Both the position numbers and the translations under genes were made by a program. A model generated the notes under the pieces. The model did not search any database. It was not told the origin of the DNA and worked only from the letters and a program-made list of their open reading frames with translations. From Candidatus Saccharimonadota bacterium (lineage in GTDB: Bacteria; Patescibacteriota; Saccharimonadia; CAILAD01; BJGX01), in contig JACPPH010000006.1 in assembly GCA_016191105.1 (NCBI GenBank), forward strand, positions 32,670 to 96,669: a DNA stretch of 64,000 bases, read 5' to 3'. Shown here in pieces: positions 27,701 through 38,857 of the stretch. Within the stretch, counting starts at the first letter, position 1. The number at the start of each line of letters is the position of its first letter.

Positions 27701-29296
27701 ATGGACATTATGACTACCGAAGAGATCAAAAAAATCATTGCAAGAACGGCTGCCAAAACATTCGAAGTGGAAGTGCCCGATTTCGAGGTCAGCTACCCAG
27801 AAGAGAAATTTGGTGATTTTAGCTCCAATATTGCCTTTAAGCTAGCCAAGCCACTATCAAGAGCACCCCAAGAGATTGCTAGTGAGCTGGCCAATCAAAT
27901 TAAGCATGCTGACATCAAGAAAGTAGAGATGGCCGGGCCAGGTTTTATTAACTTAACCATGGTAGATAACTACTGGCTCAAAAAACTAGCTAATCTAGAG
28001 TCAAATCTAAGCCGCAAACTTGTAAATAAGCCTCAAAGAGTGCAGGTGGAATTCATTTCAGCTAATCCAACGGGACCCCTAACTCTTGCAAATGCCAGAG
28101 GCGGCTACCTGGGCGATGTACTCGCTAGCGTGCTTTCACAGGTGGGGCACGATACAACCAGCGAATACTACATCAATGATGCTGGTGGCCAGGTAGAGCA
28201 CCTGGCAAATGCTATCAAGGCCGAATCTGGCCAAGCCATAGAAGGTGAACGTCAGTACACGGGTGAGTATGTTGCTGAGTTGGCTGCTAAGCTCAAGTCT
28301 GAGCTGGGCAAAGATGATCTTGGCTGGAGAGCAGTAGCAGAAATTATTGAACTTATTAAAGCTACGGCTGATCGAATGGGGATAAGTTTTGACGTTTGGT
28401 TTAGCGAGCAAAGCCTGATAGATAGAGAGCTGACCAAAAAAGTTATTGATGTATTCGATCAAAAAGGGCTGATCTACAAGAAAGACGGCGCAACCTGGCT
28501 AAAAACCACTGAGTTTGGTGATAACCGCGATAGAGTATTAGTAAAGTCATCTGGCGAATATGTTTATCTAGTTAATGACTACGCGTATCATTACGAGATA
28601 TTTACAGATCGTAAGTTTGACAGGGCAATTAAAATTTGGGGCGCAGATCACGCCGGCCAGGTTGAATCTCTCAAGCTTGGGGTAAAGCAGTTGATCCCCA
28701 GCTCCCAGCTTGATTTTATCTTGCTACAGATGGTAAGGATTATTAAGGACGGTAAAGAATTCAAGAGTAGCAAACGGGCCGGTAACTTTATAACGGTCGA
28801 TGAGCTGCTAGATGAAGTGGGCAACAGCGATGTGGTACGATTCTTCTTTTTGCTGCACTCCTCAGATAGTCAGATGGACTTCGATATAGATCTAGCCCGC
28901 GAGCATTCTCAGCAGAATCCACTGTACTATGTCATGTATTCATACGCGCGCGCCAACTCAATTCTAGAAAAGGCTTCTCAGAATAATCTTAAGCCGGTTG
29001 GCAGACTTGATAAGCCCAATAACCACGAGCGCAACTTAATTAAGCAGCTGGATAAGTTTCAGGAATTATTACTGCAAGTTGCAAATAGCTATGAAGTGCA
29101 CAAGCTAAGCTTTTATGGACACGAAACTGCTAGATTATTCCATGCCTACTATGAGTCAGAAAAGATAATAGAATTAGATAATCCTATTGCGGCCGGCAAG
29201 CTAGGCCTAATTAACTCCTATAAGCTTTTTATGGAGCAATACTTTAAGCTAATTGGTATAACTGCGCAAGCCAAAATGGACAGTAGGTCAGATTAG
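27701..29296 (+). CDS. argS: Arginine--tRNA ligase
   Basis: Class I tRNA synthetase with ArgRS-specific N-terminal and anticodon-binding domains (…SANPTGPLTLANARGG…, C-terminal DALR-like region). Confidence 0.9.
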   Translation: MDIMTTEEIKKIIARTAAKTFEVEVPDFEVSYPEEKFGDFSSNIAFKLAKPLSRAPQEIASELANQIKHADIKKVEMAGPGFINLTMVDNYWLKKLANLESNLSRKLVNKPQRVQVEFISANPTGPLTLANARGGYLGDVLASVLSQVGHDTTSEYYINDAGGQVEHLANAIKAESGQAIEGERQYTGEYVAELAAKLKSELGKDDLGWRAVAEIIELIKATADRMGISFDVWFSEQSLIDRELTKKVIDVFDQKGLIYKKDGATWLKTTEFGDNRDRVLVKSSGEYVYLVNDYAYHYEIFTDRKFDRAIKIWGADHAGQVESLKLGVKQLIPSSQLDFILLQMVRIIKDGKEFKSSKRAGNFITVDELLDEVGNSDVVRFFFLLHSSDSQMDFDIDLAREHSQQNPLYYVMYSYARANSILEKASQNNLKPVGRLDKPNNHERNLIKQLDKFQELLLQVANSYEVHKLSFYGHETARLFHAYYESEKIIELDNPIAAGKLGLINSYKLFMEQYFKLIGITAQAKMDSRSD

Positions 29297-31363
29297 CTAC
29301 TTTTGGAGCGGGAAGCTTAAAATCGTATTGCTATTAGCTACAAATATTTGTTTATTACTGTCGTCTATGGCAAAAGAATTGATGTTTGTTGCGTCGGTTA
29401 CAACATACTGGCGTATATATTGAGCCGAATTACTACCAAGTTGGATTTGTAGTATCCGACCATCATTTAGCAGTAAAAATAGGCTAGTTAAGTTTTCTGA
29501 ATACAATATTTTAACTATATTCTGGCTGTTTTTGGGATAGTTTTGTATCTGGAGATCTCGTTTTTGGCCAAGCTGAAAGTTTAATGCAGAGCCGTCGTTA
29601 TTACCGACGTAAACATTGCCATTTATAGCCATCGAAGTGGCGTTTTGTAGCAGATTTTCAGCCGGATTTTTTAAGTAAGGCGTTTTGGTGCTATAGCCGC
29701 CCAGGTTTTTGGTATAACGATAGATTTGATTATCGACAGGCGAGAGGATATATATGTTGCCCAGGTAACTAGCTATATCCACACCACGACTCCATTCGTT
29801 TGAGGTGTTCTTGGCTTCTGTTAAGCTGCCATCGGGGCTGAGCAGAAACAGGTTTGGGTTTTTGGTCATAATGTAGCCGGTTGAGCCATCGTTTGCGACC
29901 GAACTAGCCTGAACATTAGCCAAAACCTGGTTGCTGGTAGCCACCGAGCCAGACTTAGAATCTAGATTGATTCGCAGCAGGTTCTTGGCCTTGGTGTCGA
30001 TGGTGTATATGGTTTTGCCAAATAATAATAGTTGTGAAAAGCTAGCTGTGTTTTTGTCTTTGGCGCCGTAAACGGCCTGGGCGTTGACTCGAACGACCGA
30101 CCTAATGGTGTCCAAAAGTGAGGTGATTTGGGTGTTGAGGCTAGCTATAGTATTGAGCTGAGGGCTAAACTGGGCCTGCTTAGAGGCCAATTTGTTAACT
30201 CTTTCGACAGAGCTGGCCGGAATAGAGTTGAGTTTGGTTTGAGCATCTTGTAGACTAGCTTCGGCTTGTTCTTTGTTGCCCTGCGACAGGTCAGTAGCTG
30301 CTTGCTGTTCAATTTGATAAGCCTGACTAAATACAGCCAGGTTTTTATCGTTCTTTTGTGATTGCAGTGACAACAAGTAGAATCCAACGAAAATCAGGAT
30401 AACGCCAACCACAACTATTCCCAAAGCCAGCCGCGGGTTGCGGTTAATGTATTTAGACCAAAGCTTGTTCCAGCCCTCACGGATACCATTACCGGCCGAT
30501 CTGAGCGCACGGTCTTTGGTTTCGCCACCAAGCCTTTTGGCACCAGACACACTTTTTTGAATGGCTTTTTGGGCATGGGGCTGAATTTTTTTGGCAATCG
30601 CACCAGCGGCCGACGTAGTGGCGCCAATAAATGTTTGATTTGGCTCATCGGATAGGGGCTTTTCGGAAAGATCCTTGATCGTAGTTATATTTACAGCAAT
30701 GGCGCTACACCGACTGGCGCCTTCACCCTGAGGCATGTGCTGAGCGAGCTTGTGTATGCAGGTACTGGGGCTGTTTTCGGTCAGCAGACTGCTTAGGTCA
30801 GTTTTTTTGAGCTGGCTAAAGACAGCTTGAGTATAAAACAACAAGCTATCTCTTTTTTGCAAACTACCCTCGATAATCTCCGAAAAAATTAGATCTTTTT
30901 GACTATCAGCCTGGTTTAGCTGTCTGAGCTCTTCACCGGGCCGAGCCAGTACGGCGCCAACCCGGCCAAAGAGTGATAGTAATAGCTGAGCCTCGTCGAT
31001 TACCGCTATTAGAATGCTAATGTGGCCTGGAAGAGTTTTGTTGTGTCTAAACAGCTCCTCTAGATTTTCGTTGATCTGTGACAGAGTTTTTTCGAAACGT
31101 TCCTGGGGCTCATCTCGAAACTGGTTGTGGTAGTACAGCTCGCCAAAATCTTGAATGATTGTGTTGGTGATATCTTCGGCCAGGCGCTTATGGCCCTCGA
31201 TATCGATAACTACATAAAAGCTGCCCACCAAGTTGTTTTCATCTACTGGTGGATCGAACCAATAACTAAAAGCCGCTGCTCGATTTTCGCCTGGCCGGGG
31301 AGTGAGTTTGGCTGCCGTCTGCACATAAGTCTTAGACAAAAATTTAAACCCTCCTACCAACAA
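29297..31363 (-). CDS. Transmembrane hypothetical protein with a C-terminal beta-propeller-like repeat domain. The N-terminal cytoplasmic domain may be PPM/SpoIIE-like.
   Basis: Central transmembrane helix LALGIVVVGVILIFVGFYLL. The C-terminal half has repeated Y/G-rich blades. Confidence 0.35.
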   Translation of the reverse strand: MLVGGFKFLSKTYVQTAAKLTPRPGENRAAAFSYWFDPPVDENNLVGSFYVVIDIEGHKRLAEDITNTIIQDFGELYYHNQFRDEPQERFEKTLSQINENLEELFRHNKTLPGHISILIAVIDEAQLLLSLFGRVGAVLARPGEELRQLNQADSQKDLIFSEIIEGSLQKRDSLLFYTQAVFSQLKKTDLSSLLTENSPSTCIHKLAQHMPQGEGASRCSAIAVNITTIKDLSEKPLSDEPNQTFIGATTSAAGAIAKKIQPHAQKAIQKSVSGAKRLGGETKDRALRSAGNGIREGWNKLWSKYINRNPRLALGIVVVGVILIFVGFYLLSLQSQKNDKNLAVFSQAYQIEQQAATDLSQGNKEQAEASLQDAQTKLNSIPASSVERVNKLASKQAQFSPQLNTIASLNTQITSLLDTIRSVVRVNAQAVYGAKDKNTASFSQLLLFGKTIYTIDTKAKNLLRINLDSKSGSVATSNQVLANVQASSVANDGSTGYIMTKNPNLFLLSPDGSLTEAKNTSNEWSRGVDIASYLGNIYILSPVDNQIYRYTKNLGGYSTKTPYLKNPAENLLQNATSMAINGNVYVGNNDGSALNFQLGQKRDLQIQNYPKNSQNIVKILYSENLTSLFLLLNDGRILQIQLGSNSAQYIRQYVVTDATNINSFAIDDSNKQIFVANSNTILSFPLQK

Positions 31364-31412
31364 GCATAACAGATCTGAGACAGGCTATCTAGCGCCATTT
31401 ATGTAGGCTATA

Positions 31413-34259
31413 ATGGAGTTTATGAGGAATTTAGGGGGGCTCAATGAGGCGCAAAAAGCCGCGGTCGAGCATGGCACGGGTCCAGCGCTGGTGGCGGCTG
31501 GTGCCGGCACCGGCAAAACGGCGGTCTTAACATTTCGGATTGCTAACCTGATACTCAAGCAAAAAATACCACAATCGCAGATCTTGGCTCTGACTTTTAC
31601 AGACAAGGCAGCAACTGAAATGCAGGAGCGAGTAGACAGGCTTTTGCCGCACGGCTATGTGGAGTCCGACATATCGACTTTTCACGCTCTGGGCGACAAG
31701 ATACTACGGGCGCACAGCTTAGAACTCGGCATAACTAGTGATTTTGTGGTTATGTCGAACTTTTCCCAGGGGATCTTCTTAAGTGAGGTGATTGAGAACT
31801 TAGCTGGCAAGCTAAAGAATTATCGCCCGCTAGGTAATCCCAAGCGCTTTGTCAGTGCAGCTGCCAGATTTATATCGAGGCTCAAAGACGAAGCGATTAC
31901 GGCTGAGCAATTTGCTGAGTTTGTATCGGATCAGATTAAGACAGAAGACGATCTGGCGGAGCGGCGACGGTTGAAAGAGCTTAGCCTAATCTATAAGACC
32001 TACCAGGCAGAATCTAGGCGAAGAGGTTTAATTGACTATGGCGACCAGGTGTTGCTAGTTTTGGAGCTTTTTAAATCTAGAGCCAGCGTTTTAAAGACTT
32101 ATCAACAAAAGTTTCGGTTTATTTTAGTCGATGAGTTTCAAGACACTAATTTTGCCCAATTTGAGTTGGTTAAATTATTATCAGCAGCGCATAGAAACCT
32201 GATGGTGGTGGGAGACGACGATCAGTCGATCTATAGGTTTCGTGGGGCTGCTATCACCAACATCTTGTCTTTTGTTGAGCACTACCCCGATGCTAAGCGG
32301 ATTGTATTAACCAACAATTACCGCTCGGGCCAAAAAATTCTAGACGCAGCTTATAGGCTAATTCAGCACAACAATCCATACCGGCTAGAAAAGCAGCAAA
32401 AAGTTAGTAAAAAGCTACTAGGCAGTCGCCAAGGTCAACTGCCTAGGGCTAAGATATTCGATACTCAGGTAGAAGAAGCCGAATATGTTGCCGCTGAATT
32501 AAAAAAACTCCATAAAAACGGCTACCGCTACAAAGATATGGCGATCTTAATACGTAAAAATAGCCAGTCGTGCAACTTAGCACACTGTTTAAATCGTCAC
32601 TTAATTCCTTATGTCTTATCTGAAAGCACAAATCTATTGGAGCAGCCAGAGGTAAAGGTGCTATTACATTTTATAAATAGCCTCAATGACCCCGGCAATT
32701 CGCAGGCACTATATGGACTACTGACTAGTGAAGTCTATAACATAGCTTTGAGCCAGCTGGTTGCTGCTAGCGCTCAAGCCGCCAGGACGAGGCTGCCATT
32801 AGAACAGTACCTTACTGAGAACAAGCCAGCCGCCAAGCAGATTAACTCAATAATAGAAACCATAAATTACTATCGAGGCTTAGCACACCAGATGAGCGGC
32901 GGTGAACTCTTGTATGATTTTTTACAACACTCTGGCTATTTGGTGAGACTAACTAAGCAAGCTCTAACCGATAACTCAGCTGTTAGGCAAATTCAAAACA
33001 TAACCCAACTGTTTGAGCTAATAAGAGATTTTGAAACAGTTAGTTATGACCCAAACATTGTTTCTTTGTGGAGCCATCTGGCTGAGCTGCAACAAAGCAC
33101 CGATGACATTGTGGTGCAAGCCTCGCCACTCGATCTAGATGCCGTTCGTATACTTACGGTTCACCGGGCCAAAGGCTTAGAATTTAGAGTCGTATTAATA
33201 GTTGATGCGGTAGAGGCGACTTTTCCGGCTGTTAATCGAGCTGAGTTGATACGCATGCCAAAAGGGTTATTCGATTCGCAAGACGGCGCAATTGATTGGC
33301 ACATTATGGACGAGCGGCGCCTATTTTATGTGGCTATGACCCGCGCCAAAGAGTATTTAAGACTGTCGGCGGCTTATAATCATGGCGGAAAAAGGCTAAA
33401 GCGCCCCTCGCGATTCATCACGGAGGCTCTAGGCGAGGTTGTGGTCACCAAAAAGCGCCCCGTGATATTAAAATCAACAGCCGATAGCCTGATAAATTAC
33501 TCCAGATTGCCAGAGTCTAAATTTGATCCCTTAGCTAGGTTTTACTCTGACGGATGGCTGCAGCTTAGTACCAACCAGGTTGCCGATTATCTACGTTCGC
33601 CCAAGGAATTCTGGTATTTTCATGTTTTAAGCTTACCCAAGGGGCCATTTCATGCCCTGGTTTATGGGACAGCAATTCATGCTGCTATAGAGCGCTATTT
33701 TAGAGCCAAACTTGCTCACCAAAACATCGGCTTAAAAGACCTTTATGAAACTTTTGAGGCTAGTTGGTTGCAGGAGGGGTTTGTATCGCTCCAACACCAA
33801 ATAGATCGTTTTAACCAGGGTAAAAATACCTTAAAACACTTTTACGCCAATCAGCAGCGACAAAAGAGCTGCCCAGCAATGGTAGAGCAGCCATTTTTAC
33901 TTAGACTGCCTGAAATAAAGGTGGCAGTCTCTGGCCGTTATGACGCTGTCTATAAAAACAATGATAAAATAGATATATATGACTTTAAAACCAGCGATGT
34001 AGGATCCAAAAAGGATGCTGAAAAACGCTTAAGAGAAAGTATTCAAATGGCTATTTATGCCTTAGCCTGGGAAAAAAACCATCGGCAAGTAGTGAACACA
34101 ATAGGTCTCCAATTTGTAGAGCGACAAATTATAGCTAAGCTACCACCACCTGCGGCAGAAACAACAATCAGCAAGCTAACAATGGTTTGTAATGGTATAA
34201 AAAATCGAGAATTTAGCAAAGTTGGACAGAGTCAAATTAACTTTGAAAAGTTAGTATGA
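31413..34259 (+). CDS. UvrD/PcrA-family helicase fused to a C-terminal RecB-like (PD-(D/E)xK) nuclease domain, AddA-like
   Basis: GAGTGKT Walker A, the UvrD motifs, and a C-terminal …DIYDFKTSD…MAIYALAW nuclease motif. 948 aa. Confidence 0.8.
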   Translation: MEFMRNLGGLNEAQKAAVEHGTGPALVAAGAGTGKTAVLTFRIANLILKQKIPQSQILALTFTDKAATEMQERVDRLLPHGYVESDISTFHALGDKILRAHSLELGITSDFVVMSNFSQGIFLSEVIENLAGKLKNYRPLGNPKRFVSAAARFISRLKDEAITAEQFAEFVSDQIKTEDDLAERRRLKELSLIYKTYQAESRRRGLIDYGDQVLLVLELFKSRASVLKTYQQKFRFILVDEFQDTNFAQFELVKLLSAAHRNLMVVGDDDQSIYRFRGAAITNILSFVEHYPDAKRIVLTNNYRSGQKILDAAYRLIQHNNPYRLEKQQKVSKKLLGSRQGQLPRAKIFDTQVEEAEYVAAELKKLHKNGYRYKDMAILIRKNSQSCNLAHCLNRHLIPYVLSESTNLLEQPEVKVLLHFINSLNDPGNSQALYGLLTSEVYNIALSQLVAASAQAARTRLPLEQYLTENKPAAKQINSIIETINYYRGLAHQMSGGELLYDFLQHSGYLVRLTKQALTDNSAVRQIQNITQLFELIRDFETVSYDPNIVSLWSHLAELQQSTDDIVVQASPLDLDAVRILTVHRAKGLEFRVVLIVDAVEATFPAVNRAELIRMPKGLFDSQDGAIDWHIMDERRLFYVAMTRAKEYLRLSAAYNHGGKRLKRPSRFITEALGEVVVTKKRPVILKSTADSLINYSRLPESKFDPLARFYSDGWLQLSTNQVADYLRSPKEFWYFHVLSLPKGPFHALVYGTAIHAAIERYFRAKLAHQNIGLKDLYETFEASWLQEGFVSLQHQIDRFNQGKNTLKHFYANQQRQKSCPAMVEQPFLLRLPEIKVAVSGRYDAVYKNNDKIDIYDFKTSDVGSKKDAEKRLRESIQMAIYALAWEKNHRQVVNTIGLQFVERQIIAKLPPPAAETTISKLTMVCNGIKNREFSKVGQSQINFEKLV

Positions 34260-34759
34260 ACAAAAAAAGCATAGACTCGACCTACAGAGATCAAGAGTGG
34301 TTGGAAAACTTGCTTGCCGATATATGGTATAGATATTTTTCGGACGTGGATCAATCTAACAAAGTTGTAATAAGGTATGGGCGCAAGGCCAAGCGCCGCC
34401 TCGGTTCAATATCATTAGACCCAAACGACCAGCTCACCAGCATAATAACTATCAACCCGATATATCAAGACCTTAGTGTACCTGAGTACGTTGTGGTTGC
34501 CACAATAGTACATGAGATGACCCACTATGCTCATGGCTTTAATTCTCCGCTAGATCAAAGGCACCAGCATCCACACAGTGGCGGAATTATTAAGGCCGAA
34601 TTTGCTGAACGGGGGTTAGAAGATATGTTTGTTAAGCAGCGTAAATGGTTAAAAACTAATTGGCCCACCATGGTTGAACGATATTTTGGTCCTCAAATGC
34701 CTAAGTTTAGATATACAAGCCCCAAAAAAGTACCAATCCCAAAGTGGTTTAGAATTTAG
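34256..34759 (+). CDS. SprT-like zinc metalloprotease-domain protein
   Basis: HEMTHYAHG is an HExxH motif in an SprT-like context. 4-bp overlap with the helicase gene. Confidence 0.55.
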   Translation: MNKKSIDSTYRDQEWLENLLADIWYRYFSDVDQSNKVVIRYGRKAKRRLGSISLDPNDQLTSIITINPIYQDLSVPEYVVVATIVHEMTHYAHGFNSPLDQRHQHPHSGGIIKAEFAERGLEDMFVKQRKWLKTNWPTMVERYFGPQMPKFRYTSPKKVPIPKWFRI

Positions 34760-34902
34760 TGCTTACCTTATATTTTATACCGCTACATAAGCTTTATATA
34801 CAGATATCGAGATTAGTAATATTGAGTAAATATATAGTTTATTATATTCAAATCCCAGACTATTATTGCAAAGTAGCCGTCCAAGTTGTATAATATTGCC
34901 AA

Positions 34903-35235
34903 ATGAAGAAAACCAAACGTCAAGTTAAGAATATTTCAGCCCGATCGCTAAAAAACATGCCCCAATCGGTTAAATATCAACGAACCACGCAGTCTTTTGG
35001 TGCTACTGGTCATTTTAAAGCCCGCCATTTCTTAATGATGGCTCTGCTCTGCTTCTTACTTACTCAGGTTATAAAGTTTGTGCTGTACTCGATCATATTT
35101 AGAGGCGAGGCCACGCCGGCCGGGGCTGTCTTTAGTTTTGTGGTCTACGTGCAGATTGTATTACTACTCTCAGCTTTCGGCTTCTTGATAATAGCCTGCA
35201 TAAAAGCCCTTAGGGGCTTAATACGGGCTATATAG
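34903..35235 (+). CDS. Small membrane protein, hypothetical
   Basis: Two hydrophobic helices. 110 aa. Confidence 0.35.
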   Translation: MKKTKRQVKNISARSLKNMPQSVKYQRTTQSFGATGHFKARHFLMMALLCFLLTQVIKFVLYSIIFRGEATPAGAVFSFVVYVQIVLLLSAFGFLIIACIKALRGLIRAI

Positions 35236-35256
35236 CCAATTGCTAAGCTAAAAGGC

Positions 35257-36105
35257 ATGACCACAAAGCGGCACATTGTTTCTATTCAGGGCGAGACCGG
35301 CTCGTTTCACCACATAGCGGCTAGGCACTTCTTTGGTGGGCAACTAGAAATATTGGCACGGGACAGCTTTGCTGGGGTATTTTCGGATTTGCAGCAAGCA
35401 AAAGCAGATTTTGCCGTGGTAGCGGTTGAAAATTCGCTAGCTGGCAGCATTAACGAAGTTTATGACTTGTTGCGCGAGGACGGCCAGAAGATTATTGGTG
35501 AGGTCTATATGCGCATCTCACTTAATCTCATCGGCCAGCCCGATGCAAAGATTAGTGATGTTAGGCAGATTTACTCCCACCCTGTGGCTCTAATGGAGGC
35601 CGAACAATATCTAGCTAATTTAAGCGGTGTAGATGTGCACGAGCGCCACGATACGGCCGGCAGCGTGGCCTACATAGCCAAGTCCAAAGACAAGAGTCTG
35701 GCCGCAATTAGCAGTAAAGAGTCGGCTAAGCTGTACGGCATGAAGGTTTTGGCGGCCGATATTGAAACCGACAAGCAGAATCACACGCGCTTTGTGCTGC
35801 TTGTTCCCCGAGGCTGCAAGAACCCCGACGGAGCCAACAAAAGCTCGATTATTATTACCACCAATCATCAGCCAGGCGCGCTATACAATGCGCTTGGGGT
35901 GTTTGCCAAGCGCAACATTAACCTAAGCAAGCTAGAATCCAGGCCAATTATTGGTAAGGGTTGGCACTACTACTTTTATCTGGACTTCGATGCTGGCCTA
36001 GATGAGCACAGAAGCAAACAGGCTCTGAGCGAGCTCAAAGACTATACTGGCGAGATTAATATTCTTGGTACCTACATTAAGGGTAAAGTTATCGACCAAG
36101 CGTAA
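35257..36105 (+). CDS. pheA: Prephenate dehydratase (PDT domain plus ACT domain)
   Basis: …SIQGETGSFHHIAARHFFG…VAVENSLAGSINEVYDLL… and a C-terminal ACT domain (ESRPI…). Confidence 0.85.
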   Translation: MTTKRHIVSIQGETGSFHHIAARHFFGGQLEILARDSFAGVFSDLQQAKADFAVVAVENSLAGSINEVYDLLREDGQKIIGEVYMRISLNLIGQPDAKISDVRQIYSHPVALMEAEQYLANLSGVDVHERHDTAGSVAYIAKSKDKSLAAISSKESAKLYGMKVLAADIETDKQNHTRFVLLVPRGCKNPDGANKSSIIITTNHQPGALYNALGVFAKRNINLSKLESRPIIGKGWHYYFYLDFDAGLDEHRSKQALSELKDYTGEINILGTYIKGKVIDQA

Positions 36106-36157
36106 AAGTTTTGTTTTTTCGTATTGTGTTCGTAGACCCAAGATGTATAATAGGCAT

Positions 36158-37228
36158 ATGAATACATCGGTGGTGATACTTTTGGTGGTTATGGTGCTGG
36201 GCTTCGTGGCAGTAATAGTTTATTTGCAGCGAAAACTGTCTAATACCACCGACGACCCGACTGCTAATTTGTTAAAAACCGATCTTCAGGGGTTGCAGCA
36301 ACTACTTAGTCAAACTCAGTCCCAGATGGGCGAGCGCATTGATCGTAATAACGCCGCCATGCAAGCCAGCCTGCATAAGCAAATGAGCGAGTCGGCTAAG
36401 CTTATCACCGATGTTACCGAGCGCCTAACCAAGCTCGACGACACTAACCGCCAGGTGGTAGATGTCGCGACCGAGCTCAAAACTCTGCAAAATGTGCTCC
36501 AAAATCCCAAGCAGCGCGGAGTTTTGGGCGAATACTATCTAGACACCGTTCTCAAAAACGTATTGCCGCCAGATCAGTACAAGCTGCAGTACAAGTTTAA
36601 AGACGGCGAAATTGTTGATGCGGTAATTTTGCTAGATAAAAAGGTACTGCCAATCGATTCTAAGTTCAGCTTGGAAAACTATAACCGCCTGATAGACGAG
36701 AAAGATAAAGTTAGTCGCGAGCGACTGATTAAACAGTTTAAAACTGACCTTAAGGGCCGCATAGACGAAACTAGCAAATATGTTCGTCCCAACGAGGGCA
36801 CCATGGACTTTGCCTTTATGTTTATTCCTTCGGAGGCTATCTACAACGATCTACTGATTAACAAAATTGGCTTAGCCGATACCAGCTCACGCGACCTAAT
36901 CGAGTACGCCTTTCGTGATAAACAGGTGATTATTGTAAGCCCTACAACATTCATGGCCTACCTGCAGACTGTAATGCAGGGCTTACGCTCACTACAGATA
37001 GAAGAACAGGCCAAAGAAATCCAAAAAAGAGTAGGTCAGCTGGGTGTACACATTAAAAATTACGATCAGTTTATGCAAAAACTGGGTAATTCTCTGGGCG
37101 TGACTGTGAATCACTACAACAACGCCCACAAAGAGCTCAAAAAGATCGATAAAGATGTGGTTAAGATTGCTGGTGCCGATGCTGGTATTGAGCCGCTACT
37201 GGTTGATAAGCCCTCAATAGATGAGTAA
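36158..37228 (+). CDS. rmuC: DNA recombination protein RmuC
   Basis: N-terminal transmembrane helix, a long coiled coil and the conserved C-terminal region (FMFIPSEAIYNDLL). Confidence 0.7.
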   Translation: MNTSVVILLVVMVLGFVAVIVYLQRKLSNTTDDPTANLLKTDLQGLQQLLSQTQSQMGERIDRNNAAMQASLHKQMSESAKLITDVTERLTKLDDTNRQVVDVATELKTLQNVLQNPKQRGVLGEYYLDTVLKNVLPPDQYKLQYKFKDGEIVDAVILLDKKVLPIDSKFSLENYNRLIDEKDKVSRERLIKQFKTDLKGRIDETSKYVRPNEGTMDFAFMFIPSEAIYNDLLINKIGLADTSSRDLIEYAFRDKQVIIVSPTTFMAYLQTVMQGLRSLQIEEQAKEIQKRVGQLGVHIKNYDQFMQKLGNSLGVTVNHYNNAHKELKKIDKDVVKIAGADAGIEPLLVDKPSIDE

Positions 37229-37237
37229 ACTGTTAAT

Positions 37238-38236
37238 ATGAAGGTTCGAAACATAAATAAGCGTGTGGTATCAGGCATTACGTCTAGTAACATTCCGACA
37301 ATCGGCAACTATCTGGGTGCTATGGTGCGTTGGGCTCAAGAACAAGATGAGGATAAGCTTTACTTTATTGCGAATTCTCACGCTATAACAGTGCGCCAAA
37401 AGGCAGATCACTTACGAAATTGCAGCTTAGACAGCTATGTCTGGTTGATTGCTGGCGGACTTGACCCAGATAAATGCATCATTTTTATACAGTCGATGGT
37501 GCCAGCCCATACAGAATTGGCCTGGATATTAAATAACTACACGACTATGGGCGAGCTTAACCGCATGACTCAGTATAAGGATAAAACTGCTCGCTTTGGA
37601 GAGGCTGGGCAACTAGCCGGGCTTTTTGACTACCCGGTGCTAATGGCTGCCGATATATTGCTTTATGATGCCGATGAGGTCCCTACTGGCGAAGATCAAA
37701 AACAACACATTGAACTAACTAGAAATATTGCTGAGCGCTTTAATAATCTGCACGGTGAAGTTTTTAAGTTGCCCAAACCAGGTATCGATGAAGTTGGAGC
37801 GAGGATCATGAACATAGCCGACCCTTCTAAGAAAATGAGCAAGAGCGATCCGGGGCCGGGTACGGTCTACCTTAAAGATACTAGTGAAGAGGTGATCACT
37901 AAGTTTAAGAAGGCGGTGACTGATTCAGGTAGTGAAGTTAAGTACGACAAAGCAAAAAAGCCAGCCGTTTCCAATCTGCTGGAGATTTACCACGGCTTTT
38001 CTGGCAAACCGATCGAAGAAATTGAGAATAAGTATAGGGGTAAGGGCTACGGCGACTTCAAGAAAGACCTGGGGGAGTTAGTGGCCGGCAAATTAGAAGA
38101 GTTGCAGGCTAAATTTAACAAGATCCGCTCTAACGAAAGTGAATTAATGCGAATCATTGAGTCTGGTAATGTCAAAGCCTCTAAAATTGCCAACAAAAAA
38201 CTCGAGCAAATAAAGCAAACTATTGGCTTGCTGTAA
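37238..38236 (+). CDS. trpS: Tryptophan--tRNA ligase
   Basis: TIGNYLGA (HIGH-type motif) and KMSKS. 332 aa. Confidence 0.9.
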   Translation: MKVRNINKRVVSGITSSNIPTIGNYLGAMVRWAQEQDEDKLYFIANSHAITVRQKADHLRNCSLDSYVWLIAGGLDPDKCIIFIQSMVPAHTELAWILNNYTTMGELNRMTQYKDKTARFGEAGQLAGLFDYPVLMAADILLYDADEVPTGEDQKQHIELTRNIAERFNNLHGEVFKLPKPGIDEVGARIMNIADPSKKMSKSDPGPGTVYLKDTSEEVITKFKKAVTDSGSEVKYDKAKKPAVSNLLEIYHGFSGKPIEEIENKYRGKGYGDFKKDLGELVAGKLEELQAKFNKIRSNESELMRIIESGNVKASKIANKKLEQIKQTIGLL

Positions 38237-38379
38237 TAAAAACAACATGGGTTTTCAGGTTACATAGTAAAAAATACCATTAAACTTATTGACATAAGCA
38301 TAAGCACTGTGCTATACTAGTATCAATCTCAAGCGCATCTTAAAAAAACAAAAACAAAACTTGCCACAACTCATAAAAG

Positions 38380-38857
38380 AGCTTAAGGATTTGAACTCTA
38401 AAAATCCTGCTTTAACCACTTGTAACAGTGGGGCGACTTGGTACTAAAAAACAGCCCCCTTGTTTTTTAGTACCAGATCTCCCTACTGTTCGAGGGTAGT
38501 TGCCTGCTTGGCCCTCAAAAGCTAAGAAGGCGTATCACACATCCCGCTGGGACTTGCTCGGCCTAAGGGCTTTTTATGCTTAACAAGCCAAAGAACCTTT
38601 GAGCCGAGTAGGTTACCGCAAGGATGGTTGGGAATATGTCGGCAACATTCTCCCGTTTCTTGCGACTGTTTTATACGAGAGAACCACCGACAAGCACACA
38701 CCCGGTAATCCTAGGGCCCCCATTCTAGGAGTACTAACCCGGGCCGGTGCCCGCTAATATTGTTTCATAACATTTAAGAGTGGATGCATCGGCCCGTAAC
38801 CAAAGCATTTATTTAAGATCTGATAGTACCAATGCCGCCCAGCCAGGGCGGTTTTTG
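38380..38857 (+). ncRNA. Candidate structured non-coding RNA, family unassigned
   Basis: A 630-bp non-coding gap. It contains a 14-bp perfect hairpin, ggtactaaaaaaca / tgttttttagtacc, extended by cagtggg / ccctactg. Several GC-rich helices follow. An intrinsic terminator, gccgcccagccagggcggttttt, sits at 38834-38857. Confidence 0.25.
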
